A stretch of 64,000 bases of DNA from Isurus oxyrinchus (taxonomy: Eukaryota). The translations under genes and the position numbers were made by a program. This document shows positions 13,101 to 24,507 of the stretch, in pieces. The notes under the pieces were generated by a model that did no database searches, was not told where the DNA came from, and saw nothing but the letters and a program-made list of their open reading frames with translations. The stretch covers positions 14,012,001-14,076,000 of the forward strand of contig JANJGN010000035.1 of assembly GCA_026770705.1 (NCBI GenBank), in the 5' to 3' direction. Position 1 is the first letter of the stretch, and each line of letters opens with the position of its first letter.

Positions 13101-13274
13101 TGTCATTGAGCAAATGTCCTTCCCTCTTCCTCCTCTCTTCCACCTCTCCTCCTTCAATACTGCTCCCATCTTCTTCCATCCCCTCCCTACCATCTTCCTC
13201 CTCCTGTCGCTTCAATTTCCCCCTCCCCCAGTTCATCCCACTCTTACTATACCGCCTCTCCTCTCTTTCTCCTC

Positions 13275-13830
13275 ACAGAGTCACAGAGTGCAGAAGAGGC
13301 CCTTTGACTAATTGAATCTGCACCGACACATGAGAAACCCATGACCTACCTACCTAATCCCATTTACCAGCAACTGCCCGATATCCTTGAATGTTATGAC
13401 ATGCCAAATGCTCATCCAGATACTTTTTAAAGGAATTGGGTCAATCTGCCTACTCCACCCTCCCAGGCAGCGCATTCCAGATCTTCACCACACTCTGGTT
13501 AAAAAAGGTTTTCCTCACATCCCCCCTAGAACTATTGCCCCTCACCTTGACCGTGTTTCCCCTTGTGACCAGCCCTTAGACAAAGTGGAAAAGCTGCTCA
13601 CTATCCAGGCTGTCCATGCCACTCATAACCTTGTACACCCTGATCAGGTCGCTCTTCAGTCTTCACTCCTCCGAGGAAAACAACTGAAGACTTTACAACA
13701 TCTCTTCAAAACTTAACTATATCATCCCAGGCAACATCTTGGTGAATCCCCATTCCACCATCTCCACTGCAATCACATTCTTCACTTAATGTGGCGACCA
13801 CAACTGCACACAGTTTTGGAAGAATAAAAT
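13275..13830 (-). mobile_element. CR1 LINE 3' end
   Basis: Starts with the tandem tail 'cacagagtcacagagtgcagaagaggccc'; ends in 'tgtggcgaccacaactgcacacagt' (reverse of ..CVQ.WSPH). Confidence 0.85.
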
Positions 13831-14369
13831 ACATTTACAGGACAATTAAGGGTTAAACGGTTAAAATCATAGTGGAATACTACAGCACTGTTCCCAATTT
13901 TGCTCCCGCAGGCACACCTGCAGCTGCCAGCTAATTGAGCAGGAAAGCAAGAAAGGAGTATCGTAAACAAGCTGCCTAGAATCCTTCATGCAAGGGTGGG
14001 ATGTCTGCCCCATCAAAAAGGGACAGAATCAAGCAATAGTCGTTTCTGCTTTAGCATATTCACCCCCTAGCACTATAGATAAGGTCAAGCAGGGTTATCT
14101 ATTCTCTGTCTTACATTTATCACCAGATGAGCTCCTCCTAAATTCCTGGGTAGTCATAATCTAGAATAGATCGATTGTATACTGCATGCTGTAAGCAATG
14201 ATTCTCATTGTAATTAATTATTGCAATTTAGACAGTTTTGTCACCTTCAGGCTCTTTGATGTGTACAACGTTTGCTATAACTATTTGTGTACTCTGATAC
14301 TTCTCCAGAGTGTCAGCTAGCTCCACTGTAAGCTGCTGGGCTCTCCGTGATATCACTTTTTAGTATAAG

Positions 14370-15070
14370 GCTTCCGAGACAAACCTCCTGGGTCTGAGTG
14401 TTCACTCCGATTTCTGCGACAACAGTACTCTAGCTGCGGCTACACCAAATTTTGATACAACTCCCAAAGGAACACTCTGCTTTTCTAACCTATGCCTCAA
14501 ATGATAAAGACCAGTGCCCCATAAGGCTTTTTCACGACCCAACTAACATGCCCCTCCGCCTTCATTGATCTATGGGCACCTACCCAAATGTGCCTTTGTT
14601 CCTCAGAACTTCTTAGCGTATGCCATTCTTTGAATACTTCCTTTGCAAGTTACTCCTTCCAAGGTGAACCAGCTCAGACTTTTGAAAGTTAATTTCTATC
14701 TGCCACTTACCTTGGTACCCGAGCATTGCGTCTATATCTTCCTCCAGCTCAAGACACTGAACATCAATGTGAACCAACTGGCCAATCTTTGTATCATCTG
14801 CAAACTTACCTAAATCTACCCTCCCCATAGCCATCTATGTCGCATATATCGATCAAGAGTTATAGGGGACCCAGTGCTGATACCTGAGATGCGTCACTGG
14901 ACACTCTCTGGCAGTCACTAAAGCATCATTCTGTCATCACACTCTGTCTCTTACAACTAAGCAAATTTTCAATCCACCTTATCAAATTGACCCGTACCCA
15001 TGTGGAATTGTCCTCTTTATAAATCTCCCATGCGGGACGTTTCAAAGGCTTTGCTGAAATACATATCAAA
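14370..15070 (-). mobile_element. CR1 LINE RT fragment
   Basis: ORF 14613-14834(-) 'GKFADDTKIG...KWQIEIN..K..LVHLGRSN' matches the CR1 RT catalytic region. Confidence 0.85.
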
Positions 15071-15399
15071 TACATCTCCAACCCTCCTACTCCCCCAGTC
15101 CCTTTCCCTTCTACCCCTCTTCGCCTCCCCGTCCAACACACCCAAACTCCACCCCTCTTGCTACCCCGCTCCCTCTCCACCCCACGATTCGTGTACCGAA
15201 ATCCAATGCTACAAAGCATGAAATTACTTTCAGATTCTTCGGCCCAACGTTAGGCACCTGGATCAGTTGGTTAAAGAGCCAGGAGTGCCGAGAACTGCCC
15301 TTCAATTTATCTCCTGTTGATTAGTTCCAACGTTCCAGCAAGGGGAAATGTATCAGTCGTTAAAGTGAAAGTGTTCACCTAATAGAAGTCTTCAAGACA

Positions 15400-15577
15400 G
15401 TGCGATCAGTACAGAGAAGTAAACAATCATTTGGCCCATTATAAAATCCAGCGTTCAAGGTGGACTACGGTGGTGCAAGAAAGCAACTGATCAGAACCCT
15501 CTCAAAAGCAACAAGTGTTGGGTAATAAATGCTGGTCGAGCCACTGAAACCAACATCCCGTGAGTGAATAAAAAAAA
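15400..15577 (+). mobile_element. LINE/SINE-shared 3' tail fragment (counterpart ~50270-50467)
   Basis: 'taataaatgctggtcgagccactgaaaccaacatcccgtgagtgaataaaaaaaa' matches the tail of the LINE at 34640-35482. Confidence 0.7.
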
Positions 15578-16004
15578 CGCTTAATATTCTTACTTATGTT
15601 CAGGTGTAAGGAGTTATATTGAACGAGAAGATTGTGGCGGGAACTGTGAGCCCCCGACAAGGAAGGACTGAATGATCAGTCTGGGTGCACACCCGGCAGG
15701 AAAATCTTGGGGGGAGCGATGATAAGTGGAGGCATTGTATTTCCAAATCGATTAACTGCCCTTTAATATGTCATTGCCACAACTTATTGAGTGACACCCA
15801 ATTAATCTTCTTGCTTTAAACGTCGGTGAAATCACAATTTCTCGCCACCAAGAACAATTGACTCTTTGTCTTGACCCAAAATGCACCCCACACCCCATTC
15901 GATTTGGAACTTTCCGCAGTCATTTCTTGATCTGTGTCGCTCCTGAAGGAACGTTAGCCTTCAAAACATTGAGGGCCCAGTGGAACATTCCGGGGTTTTG
16001 CTGG

Positions 16005-16325
16005 TCTTTTGGCACTGTGACTGAAAACCAATAATCCACCAACCCAGGGGAACCGGTTTCGTGTCTGGCTATAGTAGATGCTGCAGTTTCAACTCAATGA
16101 ATGGCAGGACTTAAAAATCTAACGATGTCATGAAGCCATTGTCACCATAACCCACCTGGTGCACTAATGCCCATTCAGGAAGCAAATCTGCTGTCTTCAC
16201 CTTTTCTGGCCTGCGTGGAGACCACGCCAACGATCGAAATATGGTTCACTCGTGAAAATGGCGCCTATAGAAGGGTGGGCTATAAATGCAAGCCTAGACA
16301 GTGACAGCCAACATCCCACAAACAG
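16005..16325 (+). mobile_element. Degenerate tRNA-derived SINE (counterpart ~50895-51200)
   Basis: Body 'acccacctggtgcactaatgcccattcaggaagcaaatctgctgtc' plus tail 'ataaatgcaagcctag..cagccaacatccca'; copy B retains the B-box 'gggtccgaatcccacc'. Confidence 0.75.
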
Positions 16326-16592
16326 ATATTTGTAACAGTTGCCAAGTTACACGCCACCACTGCGACATATCGAGCAGTTGGTCAGCGAGACGGCTGATAA
16401 ATGCAAACTTAAACTGGCCCTCACTTTCAGTTTTGAAATTGTCACATCTTGCGCAAATTTTCTTCCATTCAATCTTATTTTTTTCAGAATACATTTCTAG
16501 ACGGACTTTTTGATTTATCTTTTAAAAAAGTTTCCTGACTTGATTGGGCTAGATATTCCCATTCTTCAGGGCAGAGGAATCAGTTTCTCTGC

Positions 16593-17000
16593 TGTAATGA
16601 TGGGTGTGATTTTGTTTAAATGTTTTTTTGGAAATATGGTGATAGTCTGTACAGAAGGATGTGTGTGTGTTTGTGCTTGTGTTTGATCATGATTAATTAA
16701 ACTGGGGGAGTTTAGTAAAAACAACTTGACTGTGAAGATGGCGTGATAAATGGTGTTCGGTGCATGAATTTGTTATGACTGTCTGGATTTAAAAATGAAT
16801 AAGCTGGATTTAAAATTAGTTTAATGAGATAAGTGGAGACTTGGTTTTTCAGCTGCTGATTTTCAAAGGGAAGTTTAGAAGTGACAAGGAATTTTCAGAA
16901 CTTGCAACGGTTTCACAGGTAAAAAGGGCAAAATATATTAAATAATTTTGACCCAAATGAGAGACACTTGGAGAACATAGATTTTTATACTTTGAGAATT
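16593..17000 (+). mobile_element. Possible truncated LTR fragment (counterpart ~51961-52400)
   Basis: Begins TGTAATGA, with composition and style similar to the inverted solo LTR just downstream; no 3' terminus identified. Confidence 0.3.
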
Positions 17001-17226
17001 ACGATTTTCTGTTTGGTGGACCAGCACTTCAATCAACTAACTCACTGCGCTGACAGCACTGAGATAATTTTAAATCCAATCCTCTAAATTGCATCAGCGA
17101 ATTTTCCTACATGCATCACTTAGAATTGTTGACACATGGTGATGGCTTTCTAGCAGTGCGCATGATATGTCTTAGCAGTTAATAAAGCTGAGTTATTTAA
17201 AGGCCCAGCGGGAAACTTTAAACAAC

Positions 17227-17931
17227 TGTCACAACTTATATTTTATGTGGTATGTTTGAGAGGCTGCTCTAAGTAGAGGAATCGGAACATCAGTTTTTGA
17301 GAGATTTTTATATTAAACTGGGTGAACCATTTAATTAAGTTACAACAGATTAAACAATGATACATGGTTACAAATTACGGCTGTCATAACATTTAACAAA
17401 TTCCCAAACTAACCTCGATTAATGCAACAACAACCCATTGGCTTTGAGCAGACACCAGGCAAAGCATATTCAGCTTACATATTCAAAATGAGGTCTATTA
17501 CAATTTGGTTCCTTTGCAGGCACAGTGTAGGCTTACAGGTTTTGATGTTGATTTGCCGCTGCCCTGCAGACACAAAATTGTTGTCTGTTATAGCCAGCAC
17601 ATTGAATGTAAATTCTCATTGTATTACAAGTCCCCTTGAACGCCACGACGTCTAACATTAAATTCCCTTTCATAGCACCAATTTTATTAGAAATATAAAC
17701 ATATTGCTTGTTCTCTGCTAGCTAGATGCCATGTTTAACTCACCGTCTTCAATGCTATATGCAACAAAATGGAAATGTACTTTTCCTCTCTCATATCTCA
17801 AAACTAGTATACGCCAAAGCCCAAAGACGAGCTCGCTTTCAGCCAATTGAGTCACACTGACAGAATAACCATCTATTTAAAAATAATAATAATAATAGTT
17901 TCTAATAATATACATTAATAGCTTCATGACA
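17227..17931 (-). mobile_element. Solo LTR (~705 bp, Gypsy-like)
   Basis: Bounded by inverted termini TGTCA...TGACA in both copies (17227/17931; 52634/53317); possible eroded 4-bp TSD caac/taac. Orientation inferred. Confidence 0.6.
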
Positions 17932-18860
17932 TGAATGATTGGAATAAGCATTGGAGCTCACACACGAAAATTGATCAATTCACCGCCAACAGAGTGGATC
18001 ATGCACAGTTCCACCAATTGTATGCCATTCAAAATTGCAAACAGGTATATTTTTTCATGGCACATTCCTGGTTTGATAAAACCGTGCCCTGCTGCACCAG
18101 TTAACACCCCTTAATGCCCTGTCATCCGAAGTTATTTATTGCACTCGCTGTACGTGACTGCCTGACACTATGGTAATGAAAAGGCAAGGGAAGTGACAAT
18201 TAAAGTCATCTTCTATCGCCACAAATGACGCCTGATGTGCTGAGCATTTCGAACATTCCGCTTTTTTATTATATATTATATAGAGTTAAGAAGAAAGAGA
18301 GGAGATGAGATTGAAACACAAAATATTTTAAAAGGTTGGAGAGGATGCACTTCTTACACAAATTAGCTCGATGGAAATGTACGACACATTCCATAAAAGG
18401 AATATGGAGTTGGAATTTTGGCTACAGAAATTTATTTCATTTAAACCGAATCGGCATTCTTACTTTCAAAGTGGGTGATATCAAACATTCCCATCGCCAT
18501 GAGCAAATTACGTCATTGCATAAACTCCAAACCCATCCGCATCAATTTGGATCCTGGCACTGTCATCTCTACAACTCAATGCTTGCTCCTTAATTAACAT
18601 AATTTTCAACATATTCAGAATTCGGTGCAGAAACTCATGGTGGGTGTGTGAGAGTGGTCATGTCGTACGAGACTTTGAAATAGTGAGTAGTCACTGGTAG
18701 TGAGAGGATTGATGAAGCAAAGGCAAAGCGAGGGATTCGGAACGCTGGTGTTGGAAATCTTCTGCAGCGTGCGCATTTGTTTGTATTTGAACGACAAGCA
18801 AAAAAATGTAATGTCTGTTGTGAAACACTGAGTAGCGCTGTGTGAAAGCACCTAATCAAA

Positions 18861-18932
18861 GCCCAGATAGCTCAGTCTGCAGAGTATTAGCGATTTAATC
18901 TGATGGTCGGTGCGTTGACTGTGAGACTGAAG
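18861..18932 (+). pseudogene. tRNA-Lys(UUU) pseudogene, module B, copy A (A-box kept, B-box/T-arm lost)
   Basis: GCCCAGATAGCTCAGTCTGCAGAGTATTAGCGATTTAATCTGATGGTC matches 39 of the first 48 nt of vertebrate tRNA-Lys-TTT; anticodon TTT in place; no GTTCRA afterwards. Confidence 0.85.
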
Positions 18933-19014
18933 CCAGTCTGCAAGAGCCCAGAGCTAAAATGCGAATTTCCAAGGTGTGCTTTGCCAGGATTCTGTTAAAT
19001 CGATGTGTCTTCCC

Positions 19015-19100
19015 CTTTGAAGAACAGTCAAAGGGAGAAGAAAAGCTAACTCTGTTTCTCTCTACGTTAATGTGGCCAGTTCTTCCAGCGTTTTCGTTGA
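19015..19100 (+). mobile_element. Penelope-like element terminal remnant (counterpart ~54445-54520)
   Basis: 'tgaagaacagtca...gaaaagctaactctgtttctctct...ttcttccagcgttttc' resembles a PLE pLTR end with an eroded CUGANGA..GAAA core. Confidence 0.5.
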
Positions 19101-20254
19101 CAATACTTGCCTCACCGTTTGTGTAGATGAAAGTCAGATTAAATGGGGGATATGTAGTTATTACACACGTAATTCTGTAGGTTATATGTCTGTGCATACA
19201 ATGGTCCTTGTAGGAAAGCCACAGCCTATGGCACTGGGTCACAGAACACTGCGGTGACAGCCTCCCTTCAAGGAAGGCCCAAACTCCACCACCTCCATTC
19301 ACCGCGCACCTCAGGTATCAATCAGCAATGCATGCCTCCTAAGTCCAGCTGGCCACGCTCGCCGACACTAGCCTTCCAGCAACCCCCTCACAGATATGGA
19401 GGGTCCAGATGAACTCGGACTCACTGTTCGTCACATAGCAGGTCCAGACTATTCAGTTCGCCACCTATCTCTGAGCATTCTTAATTCTTCCAAATGTTCC
19501 TCGAACTTCAGCAGCTGGTATTACGCCTCACCTTCACAATTTACATAGCAGTCCATCCTCATGGCCCTCTTTTCCTTTGGCGGAAGCGGGAACAATCCAT
19601 GTTTGTGATTTCAAAATTGAAAAAAATAGCGGTGAAATTACCAGACTGCTGTTGCAATATCTTCGCACTCTTTCTATCTACCATCTGACTGTACATTTTT
19701 AAACCTTGCTTATGGCAAATGTAATTTGGATGCAATTAGATGTTCCTAATTTTGATCACTGTCATATCTTGGATGTGCATTTTAAATTTCAGACCCAGTA
19801 GCCCATTCCTTTATTAAATAAGGGCTTGTTCACTGTAGAACAGGGCAGTATGAGATGAATAGCATTGATCCACTTGACAGGAAGGAGAGTGATGCCAAGC
19901 CAAGAACTCTTTAAGTCAGTTTCTCCTCAGAATATTAAATAACAAGAGCTGTTATCATGCAAACTCGATCAATTTTTTTAGCATTTGACAGGGAATCTAA
20001 TCTAAATTTATATCTGTTAAAATGATGTTATTTTATATTTTCTGGATGCACCCGTTGCTAGGAATTGAGAATTTCCCTGTTGCACTGAGAGAGGGGTTTC
20101 ATTTGACATCGAATATCCCCTCCCTCACACCACCCCTCCACTCCCCCTTCTTGCATTAAATGATGACAATGAATTTTGGATGCTCAGCAACAGGGCTGCT
20201 CTGAGTTCTTGTTGTGTTTTGGTTCCCCAGTGTTGGCTGTAATCATACATTAAT

Positions 20255-20378
20255 CTTGGAAGGATATGGGCTCTTCAACAGGCAGGAAGTGGAGTTAAGG
20301 CAACAATTAGATCAGCCATGAATGGCGAGCAGGCTGTGTGGGCCAAATGTCCTTACCCATGATCCTATTGCTTAAGCT
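20255..20378 (+). mobile_element. CR1 3' UTR fragment
   Basis: 'aggatatggg...ggcaggaagtggagttaagg...gatcagccatgaatggcgagcaggct..gggccaaatg...cctattgctt'. Confidence 0.7.
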
Positions 20379-20689
20379 TCTGTTGCCACAAGACAGCAAT
20401 CTTTTTGTCACTGAGCTATTAAGCCCTAGACACATGCTGAATTTCTGATGACATATTAGAATTTAATGCCCAACGTTGGATAATGAATTCTCTTGTCTCT
20501 GCTGTCTTTTACAAAAGTACAAGTTTTGAGCAGGTCCTCAGAGACATTGCAAAACATCCCAAAAGTTTCTGATGTTCTTTTCCAAAAAGATAAGTTTCTG
20601 ACGTGAATGAAGATAATTAATTCGAACCAAAGAGATGAGTTTGATGCGGCTCTGAAATGCAAGGGTAGAAATTTATGCCTATCTCATTT

Positions 20690-21990
20690 TTAACAACTCT
20701 AGCACCTCCGACCCTCTCCATAACTGTATAATCCTCCAGCTCCTACAACCCACACAGCGTCTGTAGCCTCATTTAACGTCGTTGCCCGATTGTACACACT
20801 CCCAACCCCAACCTTTGTACAATTTTCAAGCCTGTACGAACAAACATTTCGCCAAACCTCTCCCAAATGTTGAAAACCTTCCTATCTCTGTAAAGTACCT
20901 CAGCTACAAAAAAAATCATATGACTTTAACCTCCTCCAGCTACTACAACCATCCCTACCACTTTAAAATTTGTAAGCCCTTCATATCTCTTGAAACCTAT
21001 TCGGGCCCTAAAACATTGCCTTTTAACTTATAGTCATTTAGCCTCTACAATAATTCCGATCTCTATGAGATCTTCCACACATTAATACCCTCCTTGTCTC
21101 TGTAACCTCATTGAGCACATAAAAGGCACTGCATCAGTGAACTGTTTTGCAAATGCTACAGCTCTCCCAATGCCTGTTACTTTTTCTAGCCCTACAACAG
21201 GTCCTGTCTCTGTAACCTCCTCCATTCCATAAGATAACCAATGATCTCTTTATCCTCCACCAGTCACTACATCTATCCAACTGCCTTAAACCTTAAGCTG
21301 CCAGAACAATATTCTGTAACACGGCATCGCCCTCCAGCAACTACCTCCCCTTCTATCGCTGTAAACTCCTGCAGCCCCATAACTATTAATATATCTGCAA
21401 AATCCCTACAGTGCCTATAACCCTCCCTATCTAACTTACCCCCTCCATCTCCTGCAACCCTTCATATCACTGTAACATCCTACTGCTCGTACAGCGCCCA
21501 AATGTCTATAGCGTCCTCCAACCCATACATTTTCCCATCTCGGTAATCAGCTCTAAACCCTGCAATCCTCCCTATCTCTGCAACGATCTCAAACCCGCAC
21601 AACACCCCTATCTCTGCAACCTCCTTCAGTCCCCACAAACATTCCTAACTGTAAAATCCCTACAACATTCTGTAAATCTGCAACCCCCTGAAAACCCTAC
21701 CGATCTCTTTTTTTTTGTGTAAATTCCTCTAGCTTCTGCAATGCTCCCTATTTCTATAACATCCTCCAGCCCCTGCAACAACCAATAACTCTGTATCCTG
21801 CTTGAACCATTACAAACCTCCCAAATTCCGTAAAATTATCAAGTCAATACAACCCGCCCTATCTCTGTAACCTCCTCTACACTCCATAATCATTCTTCTC
21901 TCTGTAGCCTCCGCCAATCCTAAAAAATACAAACACACCGCCCCCCACCCTCGCACCACACTATCCCTATAACCTCCCTCAACCCCAAAA
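20690..21990 (+). repeat. Degenerate 37-bp satellite (~35 units), consensus CCCTCCCTATCTCTGTAACCTCCTCCAGCCCCTACAA
   Basis: Recurrent 'ccctatctctgtaacctcctccagcc..tacaa' at ~37-nt spacing. Confidence 0.9.
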
Positions 21991-22244
21991 TTCATTAGAG
22001 CTTTGCTTTTACTCAACGGATTATATTTACAACTTGGAAGCAATGTTTCCCATTATACAAGAGTAAATTCATTCATAAAAAAAATAATTCAATATTGGTA
22101 TCTTATTTGTGGCGTATTATATTTCGTGAAAGGCAAGGTTAAATTATTTTGTTTATGTATTTCACAATTCCTACATCAAGGCATACAATCTCACAAAACA
22201 CAACATGATAGGAAGGAACATTTTTCCCCAAATATTTTGCTTGG

Positions 22245-23355
22245 AAGATACGCAGTAGTTTATATGGCGCAATGCTTCAGGGTTTATTTTACTAGACTTC
22301 AATCCAGGTACTCTATACCTAATAGAGTAGGTATTATATTACAGGATTCATAATCCAATGTACAGTTGGATAGGGGTTATATTATTAAGCAAATATTCAA
22401 GGGTACACTAGTTTAAGGTTTATGTTACCGGACTAATAATCCAGGGCACAGTAATTTAGGGGTTATGTAACTGGACTATTAACCAGGGTACAGGAGTTTA
22501 GGTTTTATGTTGCTGACGTAATAACCCAGGGGAAAATAGTGTGAAGGTTCTGTCAGTGGACTGATAGCCCACAGGATAGGAGTACAGGGGTTATGCCATT
22601 GGACTAATTATCTAGTTTGCAGGATTGTAGGGCCTATGTTATAGAGCTAATAATCTAAAGTGCAGTATTGTAGGGATTTATGCTGCTGGAATTATAGTCC
22701 ATGGTAGATTAGCGTAGAGGTTATGTTACTTGACCAATAATCCAGGATAGAGTTGTTTGGATATTAGGCTACTGGGCAAATTATTCATGGTACAGTAATA
22801 TTTGGGTTATGTCACTGTCTAATAATCCAGGATACAGTAGTGTAGAAGTTATTGTGTTGGTCTTCAAATCGAGTTTACAGTACTATTAGTTTTGTCTTAC
22901 TGCAATAACAATCCAGGGTACAGCATTGTAGGCGTTGTGTTGCTGTACTAATAATCAATGGCAAAGTCGTTTAAGGATTATGCTATTGGGCTAATAATCC
23001 AGGCTATATTAGTGTAGGGATTCTTTTGCTGGATTAATAGCACAGGAACTGTAGTATTGGGGTTATGTTACTGGAAATATAATCAATTTTACTGCAGTGC
23101 AAGATTATGTTACTGGATTAATAATTCGGTGTACAACAGTGTAGGGAACATTTTTACTGGACTAATAAACCAGTCTGTAGTACTGTACGGATTATTTTAT
23201 TAGACATGTAGCATATACTACAGTGGTATAGTCACTATATTACACGATTTATAATCCAGGGCACAATAGTGTATGTGTGTTACATTACTGACGACATTGG
23301 AAGTTTCAATAGTGTACTGGGTGTGTTTTTGCATTAAAAATCCAGGGTACCGTGT
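22245..23355 (+). repeat. Degenerate 43-bp satellite (~26 units), consensus CAGTAGTGTAGGGGTTATGTTACTGGACTAATAATCCAGGGTA
   Basis: e.g. 22401 'gggtacactagtttaaggtttatgttaccggactaataatcca' (43 nt) followed by near-copies; resembles the SINE tRNA head. Confidence 0.9.
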
Positions 23356-23360
23356 TTAGG

Positions 23361-23640
23361 TTTTTTTTTGCTGCTTTGCGGGATGGGGGCGTCCCTGTTT
23401 TGTAAACATTTATTGGCCCTCGCTTGTTGCCCTTGAGATGGTAGTGGTGAGTCGCATTGTTGAACCGCTGCAGTTCCTGCAGTCTAGGTTCACCCACGTT
23501 GCCGTTAGAGATGGAGCTGCAGATTTGTGATGCAACAAGAGTGACGGAACTGTGATGTATTTCCCAGTCAGGACGATGAGTAGTTGGTGGGGTTTTGAAG
23601 GTGATGGTGTTTCTTGCAATCGCTTCCATTTAAAGCACTT
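23361..23640 (-). mobile_element. LINE 3' tail (same family as 34640-35482), copy-A specific
   Basis: T-run then 'gcgggatgggggcgtc...catttattggccc...cccttgagatggtagtggtgag...ttgaaccgctgcagt'. Confidence 0.8.
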
Positions 23641-24154
23641 GTCATTATTCATCGAGGACGCTACACTCTCTATAGAATTAACATAAAATAACCTGAATCA
23701 ACGTGAAAATTATTTACTTATTCATGTTAAACACTTATCAAGACACTTGTGTTCTAAGTGTCCACTATGTTGAAAGCAGATTGAATAATCCGTTGTTAAA
23801 AGTAACTCGATGGGCAGTGTTCCTTCCGTTTGCAAAACAGAAGACAGATTTACAGGCAAATGGATTCATTCTCTAATCCAAATTTACAAACGCAAAGGCA
23901 CATCAAGCATGGAGTGTCAGCAAAACCTGACGTGACATACCAACCTGATGAGACATAAAAGTATTTAGCAGTTAAACTAGAGACGCCAGGTCAGTCGAAG
24001 CAAAAAAAATAAATAATCGATTATATCTTTTGAACAGAGGTACAATAGTTGAAACTTTGTCCCTGCGTTCAAAATGTAAAATGCGCTGGAGCACAACTCG
24101 GCTCAAGTACAACTTGGCATTTCAGTGCAGAAAGGTCAATACGGAAAATCCTCG

Positions 24155-24478
24155 TCAACATCTAAGCTGGGCATTGAGAAGTACAGGCCATGGGCGAACG
24201 TGGGTGCCGTCTGCACGAATGTCTGCCCCTATTCCGCTAGCCCTGGCATCCCTGGAGAAGGAGCATGCGCTGTCTGCCAACTCTATGGAGGCCTTCCAGG
24301 CTCGGTTGGGCACCGCGAGGACTGGGGTGTTTTATTTAACCTGTTAATCATATTTTGTTTTAATATTTATAAAGTGCTTTTAAACTTTGTCTTTGTTTCT
24401 TCAGTTCCAATTTATGTGGCTAGCCTTTAACGATGTCGCTAATTTGGTTAATTTAGTTTATTTGGTTGACTCAAAAGT
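24155..24478 (+). mobile_element. Tx1/L1-clade LINE 3' end (5'-truncated)
   Basis: Frameshifted translation gives 'KLGIEKYRPWA..GAV...CLPLFR...ASLEKEHALSANSMEAFQAR', resembling the recalled Tx1 ORF2 C-terminus (..AI.RSRQ....DCLPLFRGY.RARVSLE.EHAVS..TLEAF.ERW), followed by a T-rich 3' UTR. Confidence 0.7.
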
Positions 24479-24507
24479 GTTACAGGGAACAAAAAATGGT
24501 TTGAAGT

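Noticed and set aside
15400-15440. U6 snRNA-like 'tacagagaag...tggccc'
   Set aside because: Short match, not kept in copy B (~50285), and lies within a LINE tail fragment.
22245-23355. 43-bp hairpin-containing repeat array as a CRISPR array
   Set aside because: Monomers are contiguous with no unique spacers, heavily degenerate, SINE-derived, in a vertebrate context with no cas genes.
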